Assembly: GCA_049970055.1 (NCBI GenBank)
Contig: JBMFNR010000001.1
Span: 384,001 to 448,000 of the forward strand
From: Fervidobacterium sp.
GTDB taxonomy: Bacteria > Thermotogota > Thermotogae > Thermotogales > Fervidobacteriaceae
Direction of reading: 5' to 3'
Length of the DNA stretch: 64,000 nucleotides
Shown: positions 20,295-29,972 of the stretch, piece after piece
How positions within the stretch are numbered: the stretch's first letter is position 1
Layout of the letters: every line of letters begins with the position of its first letter
The notes under the pieces: model-generated
What the model saw: only the letters and a program-made list of their open reading frames with translations
Told to the model about the DNA's origin: nothing
The model's database searches: none
Translations under genes and position numbers: made by a program

Positions 20295-21098
20295 GTGATT
20301 AAACACATTGGAAATTACATTTTTAAAGACATTGGTGGAACAATTGTTGCTCAATCGCCCATGTTTTTGAATTTTCCAAAAGTTGTTCATTACTTTACCA
20401 CAAGGGTAATTAGTGATGAAAATAAGATAAACGAGCTTGGAGAGTTGAATATGGGGGTAAGTGATGAGAACTTTCCCAAACATTTTGAGTACTTTGCTAA
20501 ACTTTCAAACATTGATTCACAAAGGTGTGTGTTTTCGCATCAGGTGCATGGGAAAAATATAAAAGTTATAACTTCCGAAGACGTTGGAAAACCTTACTGG
20601 GACAGAAAATTAAAAGACACTGATGGGTTAATTACGAAAGAAAAAGGCCTTTTTCTTGTGACAACTTACGCAGACTGCATGCCTATCTTAGTGTACGATC
20701 CACTTAACGGAGTTATAGGTGTTGCACATTCAGGGTGGCGTGGAACTCTACACGAAATTGCAAAAGAGCTTGTACTCAAAATAAACGAAGAGTTTGGTAG
20801 TAAGCCTGGCGACGTCTTCGTTAGTGTAGGTCCTTCTATAGGGCCTGAGAGTTTCGCGGTGGGTGAAGAAATAGCAGCCGAATTTCTAGTAAAATTTGGG
20901 AAAGAGGTGGTAAGGCAAGAGAAGGAAAAGTTGTATGTTGATCTGTGGAAAGCTGTAAAATTGATGCTAAATTCCATAGGTGTTGAACATATAGAATTTT
21001 CCCAGATCGATACGTACAGATGTACAAGTTACTTTTACTCTTATAGAAAGGAAGCAACGAAGAAAAGATTTGCCGCAGTTATTGGCATGCTGGAATAG
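20295..21098 (+). CDS. pgeF: YfiH/PgeF laccase-domain protein
   Basis: QVHG, DGLIT, ADCMP, HSGWRG, GPSIG, FYSYR. Confidence 0.92.
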   Translation: MIKHIGNYIFKDIGGTIVAQSPMFLNFPKVVHYFTTRVISDENKINELGELNMGVSDENFPKHFEYFAKLSNIDSQRCVFSHQVHGKNIKVITSEDVGKPYWDRKLKDTDGLITKEKGLFLVTTYADCMPILVYDPLNGVIGVAHSGWRGTLHEIAKELVLKINEEFGSKPGDVFVSVGPSIGPESFAVGEEIAAEFLVKFGKEVVRQEKEKLYVDLWKAVKLMLNSIGVEHIEFSQIDTYRCTSYFYSYRKEATKKRFAAVIGMLE

Positions 21099-21150
21099 AA
21101 ATGGGTTAGAAATCGAAAAAATGGGATAATCGTTAGGTAGGTGAAATTAC

Positions 21151-21810
21151 TTGAAGAAAGGTGATATTCTTTCAATAAGTCTTTTCGTTCTTTTAGGCTT
21201 TGTTCTACTGTATGACAGAACTCGTTCGGTTTACTTAGCGCTTAATTTAACTCATCCCTATATCATGGGCTTTTTTAAAGTTGGCATTCTTGCGACATTC
21301 GGTGAAATTCTTGCAATGAGAATTTCAAAGAATGATTACACAATGCCTACAGGTGTGCTTTACAGATTTATCGTTTGGGGATTGCTCGGTATGGTTTTTG
21401 TTGCAGTCTTTGAGCTCTTTGGAAGTGGTACTAAGGCACTTTTGGAAAAGAATTTGCTACCGTACACAGAAAGTACAAGACCGTTCTTTCAAGCTTTTTA
21501 CACAAGCCTTTTGATGAATTTAATCTTTGCTCCATCGTTTATGGCGTTCCATAAGATAACAGATGCATGCATTGATATGGCCAATGGAAAAATAAAAAAT
21601 ATGTTCAGTATCAAATTTGACGATGTGTTGTTACACATCGATTGGAAAACATTTGTTAATTTTGTAATTTTAAAAACGATACCCTTTTTCTGGATACCCG
21701 CTCATACAGTAACATTTTTACTGCCATCTTCATATCGTGTTCTTATGGCTGCATTGCTATCAATCGCTCTTGGTGTGTTCCTTTCTTTAAGAAGAAAGGC
21801 CAAGGGTTGA
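21151..21810 (+). CDS. Mpv17/PMP22-like membrane protein
   Basis: Hydrophobic, with a C-terminal FFWIPAHTVTFLLP..YRV motif. Confidence 0.6.
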   Translation: MKKGDILSISLFVLLGFVLLYDRTRSVYLALNLTHPYIMGFFKVGILATFGEILAMRISKNDYTMPTGVLYRFIVWGLLGMVFVAVFELFGSGTKALLEKNLLPYTESTRPFFQAFYTSLLMNLIFAPSFMAFHKITDACIDMANGKIKNMFSIKFDDVLLHIDWKTFVNFVILKTIPFFWIPAHTVTFLLPSSYRVLMAALLSIALGVFLSLRRKAKG

Positions 21811-22761
21811 TGACGATGTGTCGTTGAATGTATCTTTGAAAAACTTTACAGAATACTTTAATATGAATCTTCTAAACATGTAAGAAGATTTATGACCTGA
21901 AGGTACCGTAATCTTTTTGGCATTTGGTAGCAGTCGGAACAAACTATCTGAAGCTTTACGAGGGATAACTTTATCGAAGATTCCTTGGAATAGTAATACA
22001 GGTTGCTGTACAAACTTTGCATACGAAATTGGATCGTAATGAAAGCATGTAGGTTTGAGTTCAAAGATCTCTTCGATTGATTTTAGATTGTGTACTCTTC
22101 TTCTGCTTTCGTTTCTTAATTGTACACACCTATTCTCATCCTTACAACCCCACTCGTTACTGTAAAGTGCGTATGCTTGCCGCACTGGTTCTACATAAGG
22201 TGAGTACCAATTGATCCAGCGCCAATCACCACCTGTAAAACTTAAGATACCCACTTTTATACGCTTGTCCAGAGCCAATGCCATTGTGGCAATCATTCCA
22301 CCAAAACTAAACCCCATGATGCCAATTGGAAGATCATTTATACTTGCAAAATTTTCTTCGCTTTCAATGAGATCCAACGTTCTTCTAACATCTTTGATAG
22401 CTTGGTGAAATCTCACAACACAGTGCGCTGGTGAATGATGGAAAAACGGTTCTCCACCTTCCCACTCAGGCTTAGCTCGTTCCCGGTGATATGGATGTAT
22501 CAAAAAGAATGTTTCTATCCCGTGCTTTGCGAATTCCTCACCAAACCACATAAGATACGGTACATGACCGTTGCCGATACCATGGAGAAATATCAGAGCC
22601 ATCCATGGGTTTTGTGCATGGTATTGGTAAACATATATAGTTTTTGATTCAGGTATATCAGGTTCGTACACTGCGGTAAATTTCAAGATGGTGTAGTTTT
22701 CTTTCTCTTCTCTTTGCAAATTGAAGGGTATGTTCTTGTCGTACTCATATATGTATTTCAT
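21787..22761 (-). CDS. Alpha/beta hydrolase
   Basis: LHG oxyanion motif, GFSFGG nucleophile, D in FDKVIP, H in SGH; start coupled by TGATG to the upstream gene. Confidence 0.85.
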   Translation of the reverse strand: MKYIYEYDKNIPFNLQREEKENYTILKFTAVYEPDIPESKTIYVYQYHAQNPWMALIFLHGIGNGHVPYLMWFGEEFAKHGIETFFLIHPYHRERAKPEWEGGEPFFHHSPAHCVVRFHQAIKDVRRTLDLIESEENFASINDLPIGIMGFSFGGMIATMALALDKRIKVGILSFTGGDWRWINWYSPYVEPVRQAYALYSNEWGCKDENRCVQLRNESRRRVHNLKSIEEIFELKPTCFHYDPISYAKFVQQPVLLFQGIFDKVIPRKASDSLFRLLPNAKKITVPSGHKSSYMFRRFILKYSVKFFKDTFNDTSSSTLGLSS

Positions 22762-23411
22762 CACTTGACCTCCTTGTTGTTGTAAAACTGAACACCTATG
22801 TACCGCCCGATAGATGCTCCGAAAAGTACATCCGAAGTCCAATGATTATTCGACCACAGTCGTTGTAAAGAAAAAAGCGTTGGAACAATATACCATCCAT
22901 TACCGTAGCGAAGAGCCAAAGGTGTGAATATAGACCAAACGAGTGCACTATGTCCAGATGGAAAAGATTGGAAATCCTTTGATATACTAAACATAGAAAA
23001 ATTATAAGCACTTGAATTGGTATACGGCCTTGCACGTCCAAATATATATTTCAGCAAAACTGTTATTGCACCAGTTACAGCAAAACTTTCCAATATAGTG
23101 AATGAAGTATAGCTATCGAATGGATACACGGCAAGAGAGGTAAGTACGGCAAGGGCCGAAAATTCCAACGTATCGAAATCGTTGAGAAAGCTCAAAAAAT
23201 TACTTTTTGGCATAAGAGAATTTAATTGATTATCAAAAAATAATGTTACGCAACCAAGTACCGTGATAGGACTGGTTATAAAGTCATTTCCATTTTGCCA
23301 AGTTTTCTCCAAATCGTAGTCTATTTCTTTGAGTATATCAAATTGAGCAAATGCTATTATCGATAATACCATCGAAGATAACAAAAATATAAGAGTAAGC
23401 TTTGATTGCAT
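22761..23411 (-). CDS. PAP2-family membrane phosphatase
   Basis: KYIFGRARP, SFPSGHS, RLWSNNHWTSDV. Confidence 0.9.
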   Translation of the reverse strand: MQSKLTLIFLLSSMVLSIIAFAQFDILKEIDYDLEKTWQNGNDFITSPITVLGCVTLFFDNQLNSLMPKSNFLSFLNDFDTLEFSALAVLTSLAVYPFDSYTSFTILESFAVTGAITVLLKYIFGRARPYTNSSAYNFSMFSISKDFQSFPSGHSALVWSIFTPLALRYGNGWYIVPTLFSLQRLWSNNHWTSDVLFGASIGRYIGVQFYNNKEVK

Positions 23412-23412
23412 T

Positions 23413-24996
23413 TTAAATCTCCTTCTCCATGCGTACGTGCAAGATACCAGCCTCATAAAATTCATCACCAATTTGTTTGTACCCGAGCTTGGAATAAAAA
23501 TCCTTAACTTGGGATTGTGCGTTTAAAGCCAGCTTCTTTTTTGAAGAAATAGCCCTTAAGAAATTTTCGATATGTTGCATTATCATTTTTCCATATCCAT
23601 AGCCTCTGTGCTCGACAGGTACGGCCACACGTTCTATTTTCCAGTAATCTTTCATATCTCTTGCCCTTGCCACCGCAACAGGTTTTGAAAAGTGAGTCAA
23701 TACAAAATGGATTGCTCTGTCGTCTTCGCCATCCATTTCAAGCGAGCTGTCTATGCCTTGCTCCTTTACAAACACCTCTTCCCTTATCATTTTACAGATT
23801 TTGAATCTTTCGTCCGGTAATGTGAAGGCAAAAAATTTGATGCTATCTTCGTAAGCCTTTCTCATCCGTTCAAGTCCTTTTCTCAACAGTTCGCGTGGAC
23901 AAGCGAAGTTGAGGCGAACGCAATTTTTATCACCAAACTCACTACCGTCGAATAAATAAACTTTTGCATTTTTCAAAAAGAATTCGAATGGATTATCAAC
24001 ACCTGTTTTGGAACAATCGATCCACATCAAGTACGTACCTTCTGGACATGTCGGTTCAAGAAGTGACATATGCTTTTTAATATAATTATAAGCGAAATCT
24101 CTATTAGATTGCAAGTATTCGAGAAGTTTGTCTACCCATTCGAAAGATTTATAAGCGCTTTTCAAGGCTTCAATCGAAAAGATATTACCCGTCGTAAGTT
24201 CAAGGCTTTTAACATAATTTATATATTCAACGCGTAATCGTTCATCTGGTATCATTCCATATGCATTTGTTAGACCGGCTATATTAAATGTCTTTCCAGG
24301 CGAGTTGAGTACAATTACATTCTCAAAGCCAATTTTCATAAAACTTGTGAAGCGATTTGGCTTGTAAACAATATCTGCATGTATCTCATCGGAAATAACT
24401 ATTATATCTTTCTTTAAAGCTATCTCGTATATTTTTTCCAGTTCTTCCGGTGTCCACACACGACCGACTGGGTTGTGGGGATTCGAGATGATAATCATCT
24501 TTGTCCGATCATCGATAGAGTTTTCTAAATTTTCAAAATCTATCGTCCACTTTTCGCCTTTCTTCACTAGTCTGTTTTCAACAATCCTTCTTCCGTTATT
24601 TTCAATAACTCTAAAAAAAGGTGGATAAACTGGGGGTTGGATGATGATCTTATCTCCAGGCTGGGAGAAAAGATTTATAAGAAAGGCTATCATCGGTACT
24701 ACCCCAGGTCCATTTACTATCCATTCTTTTTTTATATCTATTTCGTACCGTATTTTGTACCACTCAACAATTGAATCGTAATACTCATCGGATCGGTACG
24801 TGTAACCGAAGATACCATGATTTGCTCGTTCAACTAGAGCTTTGATGAGACTTTCCGGTGATTTGAAATCCATATCTGCAACCCACATAGGGATCATATC
24901 TTCCCCATACAAGTTTAAAATCGTATCCCATTTGAAACTATCACTTCCTCTGCGCTCAACGATTGAATCAAAGTCACTAGAAGGTACCAAATTCAA
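23413..24996 (-). CDS. MalY/PatB-type PLP C-S lyase fused to a C-terminal ElaA/YjcF-like GNAT
   Basis: PMWVADMDF, NPHNP, SDEIH, SPGKTFNIAGL; then IREEVFVKEQ, ERVAV..RGYGYG, LNAQ, FYSKLGY, EAGILH in the same frame. Confidence 0.9.
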   Translation of the reverse strand: MNLVPSSDFDSIVERRGSDSFKWDTILNLYGEDMIPMWVADMDFKSPESLIKALVERANHGIFGYTYRSDEYYDSIVEWYKIRYEIDIKKEWIVNGPGVVPMIAFLINLFSQPGDKIIIQPPVYPPFFRVIENNGRRIVENRLVKKGEKWTIDFENLENSIDDRTKMIIISNPHNPVGRVWTPEELEKIYEIALKKDIIVISDEIHADIVYKPNRFTSFMKIGFENVIVLNSPGKTFNIAGLTNAYGMIPDERLRVEYINYVKSLELTTGNIFSIEALKSAYKSFEWVDKLLEYLQSNRDFAYNYIKKHMSLLEPTCPEGTYLMWIDCSKTGVDNPFEFFLKNAKVYLFDGSEFGDKNCVRLNFACPRELLRKGLERMRKAYEDSIKFFAFTLPDERFKICKMIREEVFVKEQGIDSSLEMDGEDDRAIHFVLTHFSKPVAVARARDMKDYWKIERVAVPVEHRGYGYGKMIMQHIENFLRAISSKKKLALNAQSQVKDFYSKLGYKQIGDEFYEAGILHVRMEKEI

Positions 24997-25132
24997 TCCC
25001 CCCTGTTAAAGTTTTAAAAGTTTTATATGTATTTCTTATGAGAAGTTATTTGGTTTTCTCATATCATTATAACACTTTTTCCAAGAGTTTGTGATACAAT
25101 TAATTTGTAAAATAGCGAGGTAGGTGAAATAT

Positions 25133-26401
25133 ATGAAAATGCCAAACTTTACTATGTGGTTCATAATTTTCGTGTTTGTCTTTGGTAGCTTGGCAATATA
25201 TGTGTATGAACATTTCAGATATTCGCCTTTCGCATTGAGGGTAGATTTTGAAGTTGTAAAAGAATATCTGTTTGACAGGCATGTAGAGTGCTACGATACA
25301 AATTTTCGAAATAGATTAAGAAGTCAGCAAATCGATTTTTCTAATCGGATGAGTAGCTATCAGTTTGCGCTGAGAATATCTTCATTTTTGTCAAAATTAA
25401 ACGATGGTATCACACGTATAAATGTCCCTGTAAGAAAAGTCGATAAAGTACTTCCGTTGAAATTCAAATATTTTCAAAATGAGGTAATCGTTTATGAAAC
25501 AAATTGCGAAATACCAGAAGGTGCAACGATACTTTCTATGAACGGTGAACCCATAGATGGAATACTTGAGAAATACAAGGGCTTGTTTCCCAACTTGAAT
25601 AACTATCAAGCGAAATACGCATTTGTCGATACGCTTTTATCTTACTACCTGAAGATTATTGACGCTAATGCTATTCAGTTAACTTACAGATTACCAAATT
25701 CTGCTGCTCAGCGGACAACTTATCTCAAGGGTGTAGAAAAATTTCAAGAGAAAAGAAATATAGTGGAAAGTTACGAATTAGATGGTGTGCTTTTCGTAAA
25801 AATCAATTCATTCAAAATCTCATCTAAGCAAGACATGCAAATTGTCACGCAAACATTTGAGGATCTTGCATCTAAATCCACGGATAATTCCACTATCGTT
25901 TTTGATTTAAGATTCGCAGAAGATGGTGATGAAACAATACCGACAATAATTGTGTCTTCTTTAATCACAGAGCAAATGAATTTGTATCCGAGGCTTTTCG
26001 TGAGGTACAAAGACCGACTTGTTGAGAAATCTCAAATTCCTATCCAACCTGGTGATAAAAAATTACGTGGGAGAATTTACTTCCTTGTTGACAATTCTTC
26101 GTTTTATACACCTATCAAAGTACTAATTACTAACGTTTTGGAAAACAACCTTGGCACCGTCGTAGCAACACAAGAAGAATTTATTTTTGATGATTACTTT
26201 TACATCGACGCAATTGAGAAGATACTTCCTAATACAAAAGCACATTTAATTCTACCGACAGCAATTGTGAAATTTATTACACCTAATAAAATGGGTAAAA
26301 TAGAGCGCAGAGGCGACCTTCAAATTGCTTATAGTGAGCTTGTAGATATCGAAAGCTATAAGCATTACGCTCTAAAGATAGCTAAAGCGTTAAGCCGATA
26401 A
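25133..26401 (+). CDS. Membrane-anchored S41 peptidase-like protein with a PDZ-like segment; catalytic motifs degenerate
   Basis: N-terminal TM, GATILSMNG, VKINSF, IVFDLR, IYFLVD; no NGGG or SAxE motif. Confidence 0.55.
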   Translation: MKMPNFTMWFIIFVFVFGSLAIYVYEHFRYSPFALRVDFEVVKEYLFDRHVECYDTNFRNRLRSQQIDFSNRMSSYQFALRISSFLSKLNDGITRINVPVRKVDKVLPLKFKYFQNEVIVYETNCEIPEGATILSMNGEPIDGILEKYKGLFPNLNNYQAKYAFVDTLLSYYLKIIDANAIQLTYRLPNSAAQRTTYLKGVEKFQEKRNIVESYELDGVLFVKINSFKISSKQDMQIVTQTFEDLASKSTDNSTIVFDLRFAEDGDETIPTIIVSSLITEQMNLYPRLFVRYKDRLVEKSQIPIQPGDKKLRGRIYFLVDNSSFYTPIKVLITNVLENNLGTVVATQEEFIFDDYFYIDAIEKILPNTKAHLILPTAIVKFITPNKMGKIERRGDLQIAYSELVDIESYKHYALKIAKALSR

Positions 26402-26425
26402 CTTTGGGAAAGGAGCGGACTTAAG

Positions 26426-27490
26426 ATGCCACTTGTGAATGATTTGCTAAATTATATTAAGGAAGGGAAGATTTTAGAGCTTCTCGAAGAGCTTGAGATA
26501 CCTGCTTACATAGTATCAAGAGACAGGGTAATTGTTTTTTGGAATAAAGCTGCGGAAAAATTAACAGGATACACTAGTGAAGAAGTTATTGGTAAACCGT
26601 GTGCTAAGCAAGTTTTAAATCATGTTGACAGGACTGGAATACCAGTCTGTACAACAGAACTTTGCCCGCTCTACCAAGCTATTAAAAGCGGCAAAACGGT
26701 ACAAGTACCTTTTGCAATTTATGGTTTGACAAAGAGTGGTAAACGTAGACCATTTTCCGTTTTTGGAATTCCAATTAAGAAAGATGGTAAAGTGATTGGT
26801 GCCATAGAATTTTTTACAAATGCAGAGGATTTAGATAATGATATGTCGCTTGCCATAAAGATTCAGCAAGCTTTTATTCCACAAGATACGGAGAGTATCA
26901 AATTTTTCTACAGACCATCAGTTGGACTTGGGGGTGACATGATATACTATAATCCCCCCTGGATAGGTATAATTGACATCAGCGGACATGGTGTGGCAGC
27001 GGCGCTTGTAAGTATGCTTTTAAGAACGATATTTGATGTAATAATATCATTTGATCCACCAATCAATGGCTTTCCATTGCTTATCGAAAATGAAATGAAA
27101 AAATACAACCTTGAAGGATTGTACTTTACAGCCATATTCGGAAAGTTGGAAAAAGACACATTTAATTTTCTTGATATTGGTCACCCTTCACCTATAAATA
27201 CCACTAAAAAACAAATTTTAAATACTGTGAACATTGCTCCAGTTGGTTTTGGTTTCTCACTTGATTACGACGAAAGTGTTATTAATGTGCACAAATTAAG
27301 CGATGGAAAATTGCTGCTTTATACAGATGGTATAAGCGAGTTGAAAACACGTTCGGGAATGTTAGGTACTGAAGGATTGGTTCGTTTAGTTGAACCAAAT
27401 GATGATCCCAGCGCAATTTATCTAAAAACATTAAAAATAAGAACGTCCCCCTTGCAGGAGGACGATATTACGATGATTTTAATGGGCTGA
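26426..27490 (+). CDS. PAS-domain PP2C (SpoIIE/RsbU-type) phosphatase
   Basis: WNKAAEKLTGY...EVIGK PAS; IQQAFIP, GGD, DISGHG, YTDG, DDIT. Confidence 0.9.
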   Translation: MPLVNDLLNYIKEGKILELLEELEIPAYIVSRDRVIVFWNKAAEKLTGYTSEEVIGKPCAKQVLNHVDRTGIPVCTTELCPLYQAIKSGKTVQVPFAIYGLTKSGKRRPFSVFGIPIKKDGKVIGAIEFFTNAEDLDNDMSLAIKIQQAFIPQDTESIKFFYRPSVGLGGDMIYYNPPWIGIIDISGHGVAAALVSMLLRTIFDVIISFDPPINGFPLLIENEMKKYNLEGLYFTAIFGKLEKDTFNFLDIGHPSPINTTKKQILNTVNIAPVGFGFSLDYDESVINVHKLSDGKLLLYTDGISELKTRSGMLGTEGLVRLVEPNDDPSAIYLKTLKIRTSPLQEDDITMILMG

Positions 27491-27538
27491 TAAAAACTAA
27501 TATGGGTTGATCTTTTTGAAATTTAAATTATTTGCATT

Positions 27539-29104
27539 TTATTCCCATTCGATTGTTGCGGGTGGTTTCGATGTAATATCGTAAACCACTCTATTTATTC
27601 CGCTAACCTCGTTGACGATCCGTTTGGCGACATGATTTAAGAAATCGTAAGGCACCTTCGCCCAATCTGCGGTCATACCATCCTCACTCGTGACAGCTCT
27701 CAATGCGATAACATTTTCGTAAGTTCTGTAATCCCCCATGACGCCAACACTCTTAACAGGTAAAAGTACGGCAAAAGCTTGCCAGACTTTGTCGTAAAGA
27801 TTCCATTTTTTGAGCTCTTCTATAAATATGTAATCAGCATCTTGAAGCAATTTAACAGCATCTTTCGTAACAGGTCCTATTATTCTCACAGCTAATCCGG
27901 GACCTGGGAATGGGTGGCGATTTAGTATACTCTCAGGTAACCCCAATTCTCGACCAAGTTTTCTGACTTCATCTTTGAAAAGGTACCTTAGTGGTTCCAC
28001 TATTTCAAATGGTAATTTTTCAGGTAAACCACCAACATTGTGGTGCGTTTTTATCTTTGCACCAGCTTTTCTTTCAATAACCTTACTTTCGATTATATCA
28101 GGATAGAGTGTTCCTTGCGCCAAGTATTTTATATCACCATGCTTTTCTTTCAAGCTCATTGCTTCTTCATAGAAAACATCGATGAATGTGTGTCCAATCC
28201 TTTTGCGTTTCTCTTCTGGGTCTTCAATTCCTTCAAGTGCGCGGAAAAATCGCTCAGAGGCATCAATATAGTGTATTTTAATGTCAATGTCTTCAAACTG
28301 TCTTACAACCTCTTGGGCTTCATTTTTTCTCAGAAATCCAGTATCGACGAATATGGGAATAAGTTTATCAGGAACAGCTTTGTGTAATAACGCAGCGACA
28401 ACGGATGAATCCACTCCACCCGAAAGACCAATTATAACCTTCCCGTCGATCTTTTCCCTTAGTTGTTCAATCATCTGCTGAGCAAAGTTTGACATTGACC
28501 AGTTCGGCTCAATTTTTGCCACTATTCTCAAAAAATTTTCTAGCATATTTTTACCGTATTGAGTGTGCACAACCTCTGGATGAAATTGGACACCGTAATA
28601 TTTTCCATCGAGACTTCTGACAGCAGCGTACGGTGAATTCTCGCTTTCTGCGATAACTTCAAAACGATTTGGAAGTCGTTCAACTCTGTCGGAATGGCTC
28701 ATCCATACAGTAAAGGTTTGAGGTAAATTTTCGAATATACCTGTTGACTTTAAAACTCTTAATTGGGCAGGTCCAAATTCTCGATGTGGAGATTTCTCAA
28801 TCCTTCCACCTAGTTGGTGAACAAGCGCTTGAAGGCCATAACATATTCCAAAAACGGGAAGGTTAGAATCAAAAACGTACTGAGGGATCTTTGGCGCTTC
28901 TTTATCGTATATACTTGAAGGTCCACCGGAGAGTATAAACGCAGCGGGTGAGAGTTTTTGTACATTTTCCCAGGGTTCATCGTACGTTAGCAATTCACAG
29001 TAGAAACCCAGTTCGCGCACTCGTCTTAGAATTAACTGCGTGTACTGAGAACCAAAATCAAGTACAATCACCGTTTTTTTGCCATCTTCTCTTAATTTTT
29101 CCAT
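27539..29104 (-). CDS. guaA: GMP synthase (glutamine-hydrolysing)
   Basis: LDFGSQY, GICYG, QFHPEV, SGGVDS, KTHHNVGG, RHPFPGPG, KPPATIEWE. Confidence 0.98.
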   Translation of the reverse strand: MEKLREDGKKTVIVLDFGSQYTQLILRRVRELGFYCELLTYDEPWENVQKLSPAAFILSGGPSSIYDKEAPKIPQYVFDSNLPVFGICYGLQALVHQLGGRIEKSPHREFGPAQLRVLKSTGIFENLPQTFTVWMSHSDRVERLPNRFEVIAESENSPYAAVRSLDGKYYGVQFHPEVVHTQYGKNMLENFLRIVAKIEPNWSMSNFAQQMIEQLREKIDGKVIIGLSGGVDSSVVAALLHKAVPDKLIPIFVDTGFLRKNEAQEVVRQFEDIDIKIHYIDASERFFRALEGIEDPEEKRKRIGHTFIDVFYEEAMSLKEKHGDIKYLAQGTLYPDIIESKVIERKAGAKIKTHHNVGGLPEKLPFEIVEPLRYLFKDEVRKLGRELGLPESILNRHPFPGPGLAVRIIGPVTKDAVKLLQDADYIFIEELKKWNLYDKVWQAFAVLLPVKSVGVMGDYRTYENVIALRAVTSEDGMTADWAKVPYDFLNHVAKRIVNEVSGINRVVYDITSKPPATIEWE

Positions 29105-29185
29105 CAACTTTCCCCCCACGACAATGATAGTTTTCTATGAATCCTTACATTTAATTTATCACATTCATAACGGAAGTTCAATACC

Positions 29186-29863
29186 TTATATCTTCCCCAA
29201 TTTCATAGCAAAAATACCAGTTGAAAGTATAATCGCGGTTTCAAAACGCAGAATTTTTTTACCTAAGCACACACTTTTAAATTTGGATTTTAATAATCTC
29301 AGCTCATTTGTTGAGAAACCTCCCTCAGGACCTGCTATTATTCCAACGTTTTTTGAAATTCTATTTGGAATCTTTCTACCCTTGAAATCGAGTATATATG
29401 TACTTTCGGGTGCAATGGAAAAGATATCCAGAAACTCAATTACTCTAATACTTGGAAAATGATATCTTACGCATTGCTTAGAAGTTTCTCTAACTACCAA
29501 TTCCAATTTATCTTGCTTATCATTATAATGTCTTGAAGCTCTTTCGTTGTTGAACACGTATATCTCATCTACCCCAAGTTCTGTAGCTTTTTCAATGGAC
29601 CACCTTAATCTCTCCCACCTACCGGATGGAACGAAGAGCACAAGTCTTCCTTCTTTCGGCTGAACAAATTCATAAGAAAGTACAGAACCGTGAGCTTCAT
29701 TTTTTTCCACACGCTTAACAATGACTTTGTACTTTCCGCCATTCCCGTCTGTAGCTTCGACTATCTCGCCTTCTTTAACCCTCATGACCTTCATATGCGT
29801 TGTTTCATGTTCGTCAAAGTAAATCATATCACCTTTTGGTAAGCAAAAATAAATGTTTGGCAA
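29186..29863 (-). CDS. rsmE: 16S rRNA m3U1498 methyltransferase
   Basis: HMKVMR, EKATELG, GPEGGF, LGKKILRFETA; TTG start at 29863 with a G-rich SD. Confidence 0.92.
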   Translation of the reverse strand: MPNIYFCLPKGDMIYFDEHETTHMKVMRVKEGEIVEATDGNGGKYKVIVKRVEKNEAHGSVLSYEFVQPKEGRLVLFVPSGRWERLRWSIEKATELGVDEIYVFNNERASRHYNDKQDKLELVVRETSKQCVRYHFPSIRVIEFLDIFSIAPESTYILDFKGRKIPNRISKNVGIIAGPEGGFSTNELRLLKSKFKSVCLGKKILRFETAIILSTGIFAMKLGKI

Positions 29864-29918
29864 TATAAATCCCCCCGTATCAAAATTATTCATATTATTG
29901 TATGATTGCTCATTATAC

Positions 29919-29945
29919 CAAAAACCGCCCCAAAAGGGGCGGTAT
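29919..29945 (-). terminator. Intrinsic terminator after malK
   Basis: ACCGCCCC-TTTT-GGGGCGGT followed by a T-run on the minus strand. Confidence 0.75.
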
Positions 29946-29972
29946 AAAGATTGATTTAAATCAACACAAAAC

